A program made the position numbers and the translations under genes. A DNA stretch of 64,000 nt, taken from NCBI GenBank assembly GCA_964247135.1, contig CAXTTL010000001.1, positions 1-64,000 of the forward strand. Direction: 5' to 3'. This DNA comes from an uncultured Deinococcales bacterium. GTDB taxonomy: Bacteria > Deinococcota > Deinococci > Deinococcales > JAAFIG01. Positions 49,970-60,249 of this stretch are shown here, in pieces (within the stretch, counting starts at the first letter, position 1; every line of letters starts with the position of its first letter). A model generated the notes under the pieces. That model was given only the letters and a program-made list of their open reading frames with translations. It made no database searches and had not been told where the DNA came from.

Positions 49970-51139
49970 ATGCTCAAAGCAAAACTCGGTGAGGTTCAAG
50001 CGTATTTGCGCGAGGCAAAGCTTGACGGTTGGTTGCTGTTCGATTTTCGGGGCATGAACCCCTTCGTCAAACGTGTTCTGAGTCTCGAGGGCAAGGGCTT
50101 GTTGACGCGGCGTTGGTTTGTCTGGATTCCCGCACAGGGCGACCCGAGCGTCACAGTTCACGCCATCGAGCACGGTTCTTTTCCCGAAACCGGTTTTGCC
50201 ACCTCGAGTTACTCGAGTCGCAGCGACCTGAGCGAAAAATTGCGAGAAACGCTTGGCAATGCCAAACGCATCGTCATGGAATACTCGCCGCAAAACAACA
50301 ACCCGTATGTTTCCAAGGTGGATGCTGGCACAGTCGAACTCGTGCGTGGCTTGGGTGTTGAAGTTTTCAGTTCTGGCGACATCCTGCAATTGTTTTTGGC
50401 ATGGAGCGACACGCAACTCGAGAACCACAGAAAAGCCTCTCAAGCCCTCACCGAAACCAAAGATGCGGCGCTCGGTTTGATCCGCGAACATGCCTCGAGC
50501 CAAAAACCGCTAACCGAATACGAGTTGCAATCGTTCATGTGCCGTCAGATGGAACAACGCGGCATGATTTACGACCACGCGCCAATCGTCTGCTTTGGAC
50601 GAACCTCCAACGACCCGCATTACACCCCGTCTGAAACGCATTCCAACCCGCTCGAGCCTGGGGCAATTTTGATGGATTTGTTCTGTCAAACCTCCAAAAA
50701 CGATCCCTTTGCAGACATCACCTGGATGGCGCACCTTGGCACACCCTCTGCCGAATTCATGCGTGCGTTTGATCGCGTCACCGCCTCTCGAGATGCAGGT
50801 GTGAATTTTCTGCGTTCAAGGCTCGAGGCGGGCAATGACGTTCAAGGCTTTGAAGTCGATCAGGTTGTGCGTCAAGTTTTGATTGACGCAGGTTACGAAA
50901 AATATTTGTTGCACCGCACCGGTCACAGCCTCGGCTGCACTGCCGTGCATGGCGATGTCGCGCATTTTGACGGCATCGAAACCCTCGACGAACGCCGTGT
51001 TTTGCCGCGCCTTGGCTTCACCATCGAACCAGGCGTCTACCTGCCCGAATTTGGTGTGCGCAGCGAAATCAATGTGTACAGCCTCGAGCGTGGTCTCGAG
51101 ATCACCACCGCCATTCAACACGCATTGGACGTGATTTGA
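49970..51139 (+). CDS. M24 family (Xaa-Pro) metallopeptidase
   Basis: ADITW, HRTGHSLG, TIEPGVY, GVRSEIN. Confidence 0.9.
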   Translation: MLKAKLGEVQAYLREAKLDGWLLFDFRGMNPFVKRVLSLEGKGLLTRRWFVWIPAQGDPSVTVHAIEHGSFPETGFATSSYSSRSDLSEKLRETLGNAKRIVMEYSPQNNNPYVSKVDAGTVELVRGLGVEVFSSGDILQLFLAWSDTQLENHRKASQALTETKDAALGLIREHASSQKPLTEYELQSFMCRQMEQRGMIYDHAPIVCFGRTSNDPHYTPSETHSNPLEPGAILMDLFCQTSKNDPFADITWMAHLGTPSAEFMRAFDRVTASRDAGVNFLRSRLEAGNDVQGFEVDQVVRQVLIDAGYEKYLLHRTGHSLGCTAVHGDVAHFDGIETLDERRVLPRLGFTIEPGVYLPEFGVRSEINVYSLERGLEITTAIQHALDVI

Positions 51140-51177
51140 TGTTTCAAACCACCCCCGCGATGTTCCAAACAACACCC

Positions 51178-51393
51178 GTAGGGTGCGCTCTCGAGCGCAC
51201 CGCCCACAAACCCACCCATCTCGAGCGCACCCCCACACCCCCCAACCCCAACAAAAAAATCACACAAAATGCTTTTGAACCTCGAGAAACGAATGATGTA
51301 AATGTTGTGTTTGGCAACAAAAAAATCATGGGCAATGCTTTTGAACCTCGAGCAATGTGATGCCAATGTGGTGCGCTCAAGAGCGCACCCTAC
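51178..51393. mobile_element. REPIN 2 (inverted relative to REPIN 1, two 66-bp units)
   Basis: REPs at 51178-51201 and 51370-51393; gcttttgaacctcgag repeated, with CTCGAG at 51281 and 51347. Confidence 0.85.
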
Positions 51394-51448
51394 TACAATT
51401 TTTTGCAATTAAAATTTCGCATCAATTTAATACCATCAGGAGGAATCC

Positions 51449-53551
51449 ATGCCGCAATCACCCCGAATTCGCGCCGCCACCGACGTCGGTGGAACCTTCA
51501 CCGACTTGGTGTATTTCCGCACCGACCCCAAAACCGGTCGGCAAGAAATCGTCACCGCCAAGTCCGACACCACCCCGCCCGATTTTGAACGCGGTGTGAT
51601 GAACGTGATCCACAAAGCCAATCTGCCAATGGAAGAAATCGCGTTTCTCGCGCACGGCACAACCGTTGTCATCAACGCCTTGACCGAACGCAAAGGCGTC
51701 AAAACCGCTTTGATTACCACGAGCGGTTTTCGGGATTCGATTGAAATTGCTCGAGGCAACCGCCCCGATTTTTTCAATTTGTTTTACCAGAAACCCGAGC
51801 CTTTTGTGCCGCGTTTTTTGCGTCAAGAAGTGCCTGGGCGCATGTCGCCGCAAGGTTTGGAGCGCGAGGCACTTGACTTGTCGGGTTTGCCTGCCATCTT
51901 GAAGGCGTTCAAAAAAGAGGGTGTTCAAGCGGTGGCAATTTGCCTGCTGCATTCTTACGCCAACCCTGCCCACGAGCAAGCCGTGCTCGAGCGGGTGCAT
52001 GAGTTGTGGGCGGATGTGGCGGTGGTCGCGTCGCATCAGATCACCCGCGAGTGGCGCGAGTACGAGCGCACCAATACCACAGTGCTTTCGGCGTATGTGC
52101 AACCGATTGCCGAGCGTTACCTCTCGAGGTTGCAGGCGGGCGCGGAGGCTGAGGGTTTTGCTGGGCAGATGTACATCATGCAGTCCAATTGCGGGGTGGA
52201 TTCGCTCGAGCATACGCGTGAAATTCCAATCACGATGGTTGAGTCTGGTCCTGCCAGTGGGGTTTGGGGCGCGGCGGAGCTTGGACGTTTGTTGAACGAA
52301 CCAAACGTCTTGGCGCTGGACATTGGTGGTACGACCGCGAAGTGTTCCTTGATCGAAAATGGTCGGGTGCGGGTACAGACCGATTACTGGATTGAACGCA
52401 CGCATCAGTCGGCGGGTTATCCGATTCAAGTGCCTGTGCTCGACATCGTGGAGATCGGGCAGGGCGGTGGCAGCATCGCCTGGGTGGACGAGTTTGCCAA
52501 GTTGCACGTCGGTCCCAAATCGGCAGGGGCGCAACCAGGTCCTGCCGCCTATGGGCGCGGCGGCACAAATGCCACGACCACCGACGCAAACCTGGCGCTC
52601 GGGCGCATCAACCAGCATTATTTTTGCGGTGGCGAAATCAAAGCCGACATGAAAGCCGTGGGCAGTTCGCTGGATGCCGTCGCCAAGCAATTGAAGGTTT
52701 CTCGGCTCGAGGCGGCTCGAGGGATTGTGCGCTTGGCAAACCACAACATGGTCAATGCTTTAAAACTTGTCTCGGTCAACCGTGGTCACGACCCCAGGGA
52801 TTTTACGTTGGTCGCCTTCGGTGGTGGCGGCGCGATGCACGCGGTGGCACTCGCGCAAGAACTGGGCATCAAAAAGGTCGTGATTCCTCGAGCCGCCGAT
52901 GTGTTTAGCGCTTGGGGCATGATGATGAGCGACTTGCGGCGCGATTTTTTCATCACCAAACTCGCCAGCTTAAAAGCCGAAAATGCCGCCGCGCTCGAGG
53001 CACTGGTGCGCGAGACCAGCGACAATGCGCTGGCACAATTCAAGCTCGAGGGCATCAAAGCCAGTCAGGTCAGTTTTATTCGTTATGCCAAGCTTCGTTA
53101 CGAAAATCAGGAACATACCGTCGAAATTGCGCTGCCCGATGCGAAAATCAGTGCCAAAACGATTCCTGCAATCATCGAAGATTTTCATGCCTCGTATGAG
53201 CGCGAGTACACCTATCGCCTGAACGCTCCCGTCGAATTCGTGGGCTTGCATCTGGTGGCTTCTGCCGAGGTGGGCAAGCTCGAGCCGATTACGTTGCCGT
53301 GCAGCAAACGCAAACTCGAAGCGGCGCATAAAGGGACGCGCCAGGTGGATTACGCGCTCGAGGGCGTTCACATTGCCGATATTTACGATGGCGATCTGCT
53401 CGAGCCTGGCATGAAATTTGTTGGACCTGCGATCATTGAAACCAGCGGCACGACGATGGTGATTCATCCTGGCAATCAGGTGCGGATGGATGACTATGGT
53501 CATGTTCACATCACGGTCACGGCGGCAGTGACCAAAGGAGGTCGCAAATGA
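51449..53551 (+). CDS. Hydantoinase A / 5-oxoprolinase subunit (HyuA-like)
   Basis: DVGGTFTD, HGTTVVINAL, ESGPASG, DIGGTT, AFGGGGAMH. Confidence 0.92.
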   Translation: MPQSPRIRAATDVGGTFTDLVYFRTDPKTGRQEIVTAKSDTTPPDFERGVMNVIHKANLPMEEIAFLAHGTTVVINALTERKGVKTALITTSGFRDSIEIARGNRPDFFNLFYQKPEPFVPRFLRQEVPGRMSPQGLEREALDLSGLPAILKAFKKEGVQAVAICLLHSYANPAHEQAVLERVHELWADVAVVASHQITREWREYERTNTTVLSAYVQPIAERYLSRLQAGAEAEGFAGQMYIMQSNCGVDSLEHTREIPITMVESGPASGVWGAAELGRLLNEPNVLALDIGGTTAKCSLIENGRVRVQTDYWIERTHQSAGYPIQVPVLDIVEIGQGGGSIAWVDEFAKLHVGPKSAGAQPGPAAYGRGGTNATTTDANLALGRINQHYFCGGEIKADMKAVGSSLDAVAKQLKVSRLEAARGIVRLANHNMVNALKLVSVNRGHDPRDFTLVAFGGGGAMHAVALAQELGIKKVVIPRAADVFSAWGMMMSDLRRDFFITKLASLKAENAAALEALVRETSDNALAQFKLEGIKASQVSFIRYAKLRYENQEHTVEIALPDAKISAKTIPAIIEDFHASYEREYTYRLNAPVEFVGLHLVASAEVGKLEPITLPCSKRKLEAAHKGTRQVDYALEGVHIADIYDGDLLEPGMKFVGPAIIETSGTTMVIHPGNQVRMDDYGHVHITVTAAVTKGGRK

Positions 53552-55227
53552 AAGCCAAAACCAAAAAAACCAGCACTTCAAAATTTGACCCGATCACGCT
53601 CGAGATCATTCAAAATTCCTTGCAAGCCATCAGCGACGAGATGTTCGCCGCGATGCGAAAAACCGCCATGAGCGCGATCATTTACGAGGTGCTCGACATG
53701 GGCACGGGCATCACGGACTTTGAGGGCAACCTGGCGGCATCGGGCGCGGGTATTCCAGCCTTTGTGGGTGTGCTCGACAAAGCCGTGCAAAAAATTCTCG
53801 AGCTGAACCCTCGAGCCGACATTCACCCAGGGGATGTGTTCATCACCAACGACCCGTACTTTGGTGGGGTCACGCACCTGAATGACGGGGTGTTGGCGAT
53901 GCCAGTTTTTGTTGGCAACCAGATCATTGCCTGGACGGCGAACATCGCGCACTGGCCCGATGTCGGCGGTCTGGTGGCGGGTTCGATGTCCAACGATGCC
54001 AAAGAGATTTTTCAGGAAGGTTTGCGCTTGCCCGCCATCAAACTGATTGACCGTGGAGTGCCGATCAAAAGCGTCATGGAGATCATCAAAACCAACAGCC
54101 GACTGCCAGACTTTTTGCAGGGCGACCTCTGGGCGGGCATCGCGGCGGTGCGGGTGGGCAACAAGCGCTTGCTCGAGTTGGTCGAAAAATACGGGCAGGA
54201 TACCTTCGTGGCGGGCATGAAGCACTTTATGGATTACGGCGAGGCGATCTCGAGAAAGGCGCTCAAGTCATTGCCCAAAGGCACGTTTACACTTTCTGAA
54301 GAGCAGGACAGCGGTGTGGTGTACAGCGCCACCATCACGATCACTGACAGCGAATTTAAGGTAGATTTGCGTAACAACCCAGACCAGGACGCGGGACCAA
54401 ACAACTCCTGCCGTGACGGGGCGATGATCGCCGCACAGATGATCTTTAAAAACCTGACCGACCCGCACGGGGTGGCGAACGGTGGCACGTTCCGCCCGCT
54501 CAACCTCATCACGCGTAAGGGCAGTGTGTTTGATGCCAACCCACCAGCCGCATTTGCCATTTATTACGAGGTCGAGGTGCGCCTGTACGACCTGCTCTGG
54601 CGTTGCCTCGCGCCGCACATGGAAGGTCGCTTGCCTGCGGGTAACTTCTCCTCGATTTTGGGCACGATTGTTTACGGCAAACACCCCGACACCGGACGCT
54701 TTTTCACCATCATCGAACCACAAATCGGTGGCTGGGGCGGCTCGAGCATACGTGATGGCAACAGCGGCATTTTCTGCGGTTTTCATGGCGAAACCTACAA
54801 CTGTCCCGTCGAAATTGCCGAAACGCGGTACGGCTTGTATGTCGATCAACTCAGCCTCAACCTCGAGCCTGGTGGCGAGGGTCAATTCCGTGGCGGCAAA
54901 GGCATTGTGCTCGATTACCGTGTGCGTTCGGACAACACCTTTTTAACGGCTTCGTACACCAGAAACATTCACAAACCCTGGGCGCTGGACGGTGGGCGTG
55001 AGGGTTCACCGAATTACATCGAGATCATCCGAAGTGACGGCAGGCGCGAGAAGCACGCCGTCTTGACGGGCTTGTTGCTCAACAAAGACGATGTGATTCG
55101 GGTGATTACCGCCAACGGTGCGGGTTTTGGCGATCCGAAAAAACGCAGCCCCGAGGCGGTGTTCGAGGACATCAAAAACGGTTTGATTACCCCGAAACGT
55201 GCCAAGGAGGTTTACGGTCAAGGCTGA
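53548..55227 (+). CDS. Hydantoinase B / oxoprolinase subunit (HyuB-like)
   Basis: DPITLEII, NDPYFGGVTHLND, GEGQFRGGKG, GFGDP. Confidence 0.92.
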   Translation: MKAKTKKTSTSKFDPITLEIIQNSLQAISDEMFAAMRKTAMSAIIYEVLDMGTGITDFEGNLAASGAGIPAFVGVLDKAVQKILELNPRADIHPGDVFITNDPYFGGVTHLNDGVLAMPVFVGNQIIAWTANIAHWPDVGGLVAGSMSNDAKEIFQEGLRLPAIKLIDRGVPIKSVMEIIKTNSRLPDFLQGDLWAGIAAVRVGNKRLLELVEKYGQDTFVAGMKHFMDYGEAISRKALKSLPKGTFTLSEEQDSGVVYSATITITDSEFKVDLRNNPDQDAGPNNSCRDGAMIAAQMIFKNLTDPHGVANGGTFRPLNLITRKGSVFDANPPAAFAIYYEVEVRLYDLLWRCLAPHMEGRLPAGNFSSILGTIVYGKHPDTGRFFTIIEPQIGGWGGSSIRDGNSGIFCGFHGETYNCPVEIAETRYGLYVDQLSLNLEPGGEGQFRGGKGIVLDYRVRSDNTFLTASYTRNIHKPWALDGGREGSPNYIEIIRSDGRREKHAVLTGLLLNKDDVIRVITANGAGFGDPKKRSPEAVFEDIKNGLITPKRAKEVYGQG

Positions 55228-55378
55228 GGCTCGAGCATACAATCCCAACACCTCGAGACACCGTTGTACGTTTCGTGTTTTGAATTTGCCAGCAGCCGCC
55301 AATCCATTTCGCCAAAAAGCACCCTCGCCACTCGAGTTTTGCGTGGGTGCGGCTGGTTTTTTCTCGAACTGACTTGAT

Positions 55379-56239
55379 TTAAGACGTGAACAACGGAGCC
55401 ATTTCACGTTGCTCGAGCAAATTTTGCATGAGCGCATCGCTGGGGCGCACTGCCATTTGGTTTGCCGCTTCGAGTACCTTGGGCATGATCTTCAGGTCAC
55501 CAGCCGTGCAAATGAAGACATCGGCTCGAGCCAGCGCCCAGTGAACCGCCAGGTTGATGTCGGCTTGATCCTCGAGCGGTTCATACCAGGTGGCGCTGGT
55601 TTGTGGTCGTTCATTCCAGGGTCGGCGCGTGATTGTCTTGATCGTTTGCACCGCGACCTGGCGCTGCTGACAGACGAGCATCAATTCCTCGAAGTCACGG
55701 GCGTACTGCGGGTTTTGCATCAGCACATGGCTGTAAGGCAAGAGCACCGAATCAAACTCAAATTGCTCGAGCGCCCGTCGGTGCTGTGCCGCAACCGTTA
55801 AACCGTGACCCGTCACGCCAATAAAGCGCACCAATCCCTCGGCTCGAGCCTCGATCAATGCCTCGAGCGCACCGCCTGGTCCCATTGCGGTTTCCCACTC
55901 TTGCGGATCAACCAGGTTGTGCAACTGAATCGAATCGAGGTGATCGGTGCGCAGGCGCTCGAGTGAACGGTGAATGCTGTCCTTTGCCGCTTGATACGTG
56001 CGATCACCAGTTTTGCTCGCCAGAAAGAAATCCTGGCGGTGGGCGGGCATCCACGGACCAATGCGAAGTTCGGACTCGCCGTAACTGGCGGCGGTATCAA
56101 GATGGTTCACGCTGTACTCAAAAAGCTGCTCAAAGGCACGGTCGGCTTGGGCTTGCGAGACCGCGCTCAGACCCGCCGCACCGAAGATGGCGCGACTGCT
56201 GTGGTGACCTGTGCGACCAAAGGGAATCTTGGGGATCAT
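55379..56239 (-). CDS. Aldo/keto reductase
   Basis: [38 protein letters not shown]. Confidence 0.9.
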   Translation of the reverse strand: MIPKIPFGRTGHHSSRAIFGAAGLSAVSQAQADRAFEQLFEYSVNHLDTAASYGESELRIGPWMPAHRQDFFLASKTGDRTYQAAKDSIHRSLERLRTDHLDSIQLHNLVDPQEWETAMGPGGALEALIEARAEGLVRFIGVTGHGLTVAAQHRRALEQFEFDSVLLPYSHVLMQNPQYARDFEELMLVCQQRQVAVQTIKTITRRPWNERPQTSATWYEPLEDQADINLAVHWALARADVFICTAGDLKIMPKVLEAANQMAVRPSDALMQNLLEQREMAPLFTS

Positions 56240-56254
56240 GACCCGACCTCGCTT

Positions 56255-58420
56255 TCAAGTTGAGGGCTTTTCAGAATTGGCTCGAGATTCGAGCCACCGG
56301 ATGACACTATACCCAATCAGGACTTGGGTTCTGACACCAAGGTCAAAGCGCCCGCCGTAAACCGTTTCGTCTGGCATCTCGGTGATGACGGTGATCGTGC
56401 CGCATTCTTCGGGTTGTCCTGGCAAACCTCGAGCCGAGGATCGTGCCTCGCGCTCCCAAAACTGAAACGGCAGTCCATCGATCAGCTCGAAAGGGTCTTT
56501 GAGCACGTGCGGGGCGCGTTGACGCAGTGCCTCGCGTGTCCGCTCAAAGATTTCAGCGTCCGAGGCGAGGTCAGCCGCAATGACTGCCGCGAGTTCTCGA
56601 GCCAAGGTTTTTTGGCTGGCATCGTGAACCACAATCACCATCGCGCCCATCGGCAGCGCCCAGAGTTCAAAACCTCGAGGGGCATAACCGGTATAGGGGC
56701 GGGTCCATTCGTGGGCTGGGTAGCCGTGAAGGTTGAGATGCACGTGTGGACGGGTTTGAGCCAGCACCAACCCGAGTGCCGCGCCCTCATGCTGCTGGCT
56801 GGCTTCCACGTCCACGCCAAGCGCGGTGTAGCGGGCTGGGTGGTGCATGTGCTCGGGGTGAAGCTGTCTGAGCGCACGGTAAAGCCGCAGACCGTCAGGG
56901 TTTTTGAGCGGCACACCGACCAGATTGATCGACTTGTTCGACAACCAACCCTCGAGCAACTCGAGCGCTGCTTTTGGACCCGTGGGTTCGTTCGCGTGTT
57001 GCCCAGCGGTCAAGAGGAGCGTCGGAAGTTGTGGGTCAAGGCGAGTACCGATCATCGGAATGGGGCGACCCTCGAGGCTGTAACCGAGAACCTGAATCAA
57101 AGCATCTGGAACTTGACCGAGGCGCTGGATTTCTTGCCAGATGTCTCGTGCCGAGAGCGGACCGTTGGGCAGTGAAGCTTTGGGTTTAAAACCATCAATC
57201 AAGCTCTTGAAATGTTGTTGCGGGTTTTGGGTCAGCCTGCTCGAGTCGCTGGCATGGATTCCAGCGCTCTGTATAATCTGCTCCGCAGGCACAAGTTTTA
57301 CCGTTCCTTGAGCGCTTTTGACGCCAAGTGAACCCTCTCCAAGCAAGGTCAGGGTGACTCGAGCCTGCCCATCTTGACCGAGGTGTTCGCTGAAGATGGG
57401 TACGATTTTGCCGACCTTTAAACCCCGTCCGCCAGCCGGTGCGCCAACGTGACGCTGGAACGCCTCGAGGCTGCTGAAATAAACCTCTTCAGCGAGCGCC
57501 TCGAGCATTGAGACACGTTCGGGTTCGATGCTCAGCGCAAGATCGGGTTCGGAGAGCTTGCCCGTGACGGTCAAACACTGAAAAAACGGTCCCGTTTTGG
57601 GGCTGAGCGCCAAAATTTGCGGCAACACCTCGCGTTCGTACCAAGTCCAGAAGCGTTCGCCATCGGTTGGAATTTGACGCGTCCAGTGTTTGGAGTCGCT
57701 GCGCACCTCGAGCCAACCCGTGGGTGAAAGCACCGTCTCATTTTCCAGTGTTCGTGTCGATTGAGGGGCGAGACAAGTGCCGTCCCACAGTTGACTGTCT
57801 CCCGCAAAGGCGGTGGCTTGATAGCACACTTGGGTGCTTTGGGTGGCGATCATCTCGAGGCTGATTCCGTTTCGTTCACACAGGCTCGAGGCTGGATACA
57901 ATTCCTGTAGAAAACGTCCCGCCGAGGCGTTGGGGACAACTGGATACTGCACATGCAAGCGATCCGCTCCAAGTTGGCGCAATCTTGGCAGCACCTCCTC
58001 GAGCAACCAGAACAGCGCGGGTTTGTAGCTGCTGCGAATTGTCACTCGAGCCTGTACCCCTTTGCGCCGCAAGCGTGCTTGGGCTTCAAGCGCGAACTGT
58101 CGTCGGACTTCGGGCGGCTCGGAGAGGTAACCGAGCACCTGCACTGACTTTGCTGCGCCCAAACGGATGTCACCCAGTGCCTTCAGCCAAACCTTGCCCT
58201 CCCAAGGAAAAGTGGCGCTCCAGACATGACGTGTACCTCGAGCGGTGTTGCGGATGTTCAAGCCCGTCATCTTTCGTGCCGCATGGGGTGGAAACGGCAT
58301 CAGCAGTTCGACGCTCGAGGCATCGGCAATTGCCATGACCGCCGCCAAGCGGTCCCAGGGGTTTTCGGCATTTGGCAGCGCTTGACTCGAGCCGTCTTGT
58401 TGCGTGTCCTTAGCTTGCAT
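56255..58420 (-). CDS. M14 family zinc carboxypeptidase-like protein
   Basis: SLEGRPI, AGQHANE, NPDG, HLNLHGYP. Confidence 0.8.
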   Translation of the reverse strand: MQAKDTQQDGSSQALPNAENPWDRLAAVMAIADASSVELLMPFPPHAARKMTGLNIRNTARGTRHVWSATFPWEGKVWLKALGDIRLGAAKSVQVLGYLSEPPEVRRQFALEAQARLRRKGVQARVTIRSSYKPALFWLLEEVLPRLRQLGADRLHVQYPVVPNASAGRFLQELYPASSLCERNGISLEMIATQSTQVCYQATAFAGDSQLWDGTCLAPQSTRTLENETVLSPTGWLEVRSDSKHWTRQIPTDGERFWTWYEREVLPQILALSPKTGPFFQCLTVTGKLSEPDLALSIEPERVSMLEALAEEVYFSSLEAFQRHVGAPAGGRGLKVGKIVPIFSEHLGQDGQARVTLTLLGEGSLGVKSAQGTVKLVPAEQIIQSAGIHASDSSRLTQNPQQHFKSLIDGFKPKASLPNGPLSARDIWQEIQRLGQVPDALIQVLGYSLEGRPIPMIGTRLDPQLPTLLLTAGQHANEPTGPKAALELLEGWLSNKSINLVGVPLKNPDGLRLYRALRQLHPEHMHHPARYTALGVDVEASQQHEGAALGLVLAQTRPHVHLNLHGYPAHEWTRPYTGYAPRGFELWALPMGAMVIVVHDASQKTLARELAAVIAADLASDAEIFERTREALRQRAPHVLKDPFELIDGLPFQFWEREARSSARGLPGQPEECGTITVITEMPDETVYGGRFDLGVRTQVLIGYSVIRWLESRANSEKPST

Positions 58421-59294
58421 TGCTGCGCCCTCGATCCAGCGGATCAAGGCGATCCCGCAGCCAGTCTCCGAGCAAGTTGAAACCGAGCACCGTGACCGTG
58501 ATCGCCAGCCCTGGAAAGGTGGCAACCCACCAGGCGGTCTGCATGTAATTGCGTCCATCGGCGAGCATGCCGCCCCATGAGGGAATCAGTGGGTCAATCC
58601 CAAGTCCCAAAAAAGTCAGACCAGACTCGAGCAGGATGTTGTTGGCAACGTTGAGCGTGGCAAGCACAATCACGGGTCCGATCAGGTTGGGCAGCAAATG
58701 GCGCAAGATGATGCGGGCATCGGAGGCACCGAGCGCTCGAGTGCCTTGCACCGCGTCGCCTTCGCGCAAGGTTAGCACCTGTGAGCGCACCATTCGGGCA
58801 TACTGCACCCACTGGGTGAGCGCCATGACAAAGATCAACTTCCACAAGCCTGGTCCAATCACGGCGATCACGGTGATTGCCAACAGAATAAATGGAAATG
58901 AAAGTTGCACGTCCGCGATTCGCATCAGCACCATGTCGAGCAAGCCACGGTAAAATCCCGCCAGCAAGCCAATCCCGACCCCGACGATCAAAGAGAGGGC
59001 AACCGAGACAAAACCAACGGTCAGTGAAATTCGCCCACCGTGGGGAATTCGGGTCAGGATGTCACGCCCGATGGCATCGGTCCCAAACAGATGCCCCTCC
59101 AAACTGGGTGGCTTGAGGCGATTGGCAAGGTTCATGCTTTCCGAACCGAGCGGTGCAAAAACCGGAGCGAGCAATGCCGAAAACACCGAGACGCCCAGCA
59201 GCACCAGACCGAGCACCAGGTCAAAATTCAAAGTGCGTTTGACTCGAGGAAGTGGTTGTGATGCGCTCATGTTGAACACCTCATTGCGCTTCAT
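58410..59294 (-). CDS. Peptide ABC permease (DppC-like)
   Basis: FGTDAIGRD, PSWGGML, FNLLGDWLRD. Confidence 0.92.
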   Translation of the reverse strand: MKRNEVFNMSASQPLPRVKRTLNFDLVLGLVLLGVSVFSALLAPVFAPLGSESMNLANRLKPPSLEGHLFGTDAIGRDILTRIPHGGRISLTVGFVSVALSLIVGVGIGLLAGFYRGLLDMVLMRIADVQLSFPFILLAITVIAVIGPGLWKLIFVMALTQWVQYARMVRSQVLTLREGDAVQGTRALGASDARIILRHLLPNLIGPVIVLATLNVANNILLESGLTFLGLGIDPLIPSWGGMLADGRNYMQTAWWVATFPGLAITVTVLGFNLLGDWLRDRLDPLDRGRSNAS

Positions 59295-60214
59295 GTGACA
59301 CTGATGCGCGGGTCAATCAAGCCGTAAGACAGGTCGATCACCAGGTTGACCACCACCACCACCAATGCCAGCACCGCCACCGTGCCCTGCAAGACGGGAT
59401 AATCGCGTTGGCTGATGGCGTTCAGCGCCAGCGATCCCAGACCGGGCCAAGCAAACACCTGCTCGATGATGACCACACCGCCGATCAAGCCGCCAAACTG
59501 CAAACCAATAAACGTGACCGCCGGAATCGCCGCGTTGCGAAGCGCGTGCTTGTAGAGCACCACCCGCTCGAGCAAGCCTTTGGAACGTGCCACGGTGATG
59601 AACTGACTCGAGAGCACCTCGAGCAAGGCGGCACGCAACAACCTGACGTTGGTGGCGGTCAGGATCAGTCCCAAGGTCACGGCGGGCATGATTATTGAGC
59701 GCCAACCCTCAAAGCCAGAAGGCGGCAACCAGCGCAGGTTGACTCCAAAGATCAAGATCAGCATGATGGCAAGCCAAAAGTTCGGGAACGAAAGCCCAAT
59801 CAGTGAAAGCAAACGCACCAGGCGATCAACCCAGCGTCCTTTGCGAACCGCAGAACTGATCGCCAGCGGCACTGAAACCACAATCGAGAAGAGCAGGCTC
59901 GAGGCGGCAAGAATCAGTGTTCCTGGAACTTTTTCGTTGATCAACTCGCTGACCGGCTGGTCGTTGCGAAAACTCTTGCCGAGGTTGCCGGTCAACAAGC
60001 CACCGACAAACTCGAGGTACTGCACCAAAAAAGGACGATCCACGCCGAGGGCTTTGCGAATCCGCTCGAGGTCGGTCTTGTTGGGGGCGCTCGCGCCCTG
60101 GAAAAGGGCTACCACCGGATCGCCCGAGAGTCGAACGGCAAACGCCACCAGCAGCGTGACCACCAGCATCACAAAGACCGCTTGTCCGAGTCGGAAGACT
60201 GTGTAACGCAGCAC
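59291..60214 (-). CDS. Peptide ABC permease (DppB-like)
   Basis: ARSKGL, HALRNA, EQVFAWPGLG, RDYPVLQG. Confidence 0.92.
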   Translation of the reverse strand: MLRYTVFRLGQAVFVMLVVTLLVAFAVRLSGDPVVALFQGASAPNKTDLERIRKALGVDRPFLVQYLEFVGGLLTGNLGKSFRNDQPVSELINEKVPGTLILAASSLLFSIVVSVPLAISSAVRKGRWVDRLVRLLSLIGLSFPNFWLAIMLILIFGVNLRWLPPSGFEGWRSIIMPAVTLGLILTATNVRLLRAALLEVLSSQFITVARSKGLLERVVLYKHALRNAAIPAVTFIGLQFGGLIGGVVIIEQVFAWPGLGSLALNAISQRDYPVLQGTVAVLALVVVVVNLVIDLSYGLIDPRISVT

Positions 60215-60249
60215 GAAACCCCCTCGAGCAGGATTTTTCAAATAACAAA

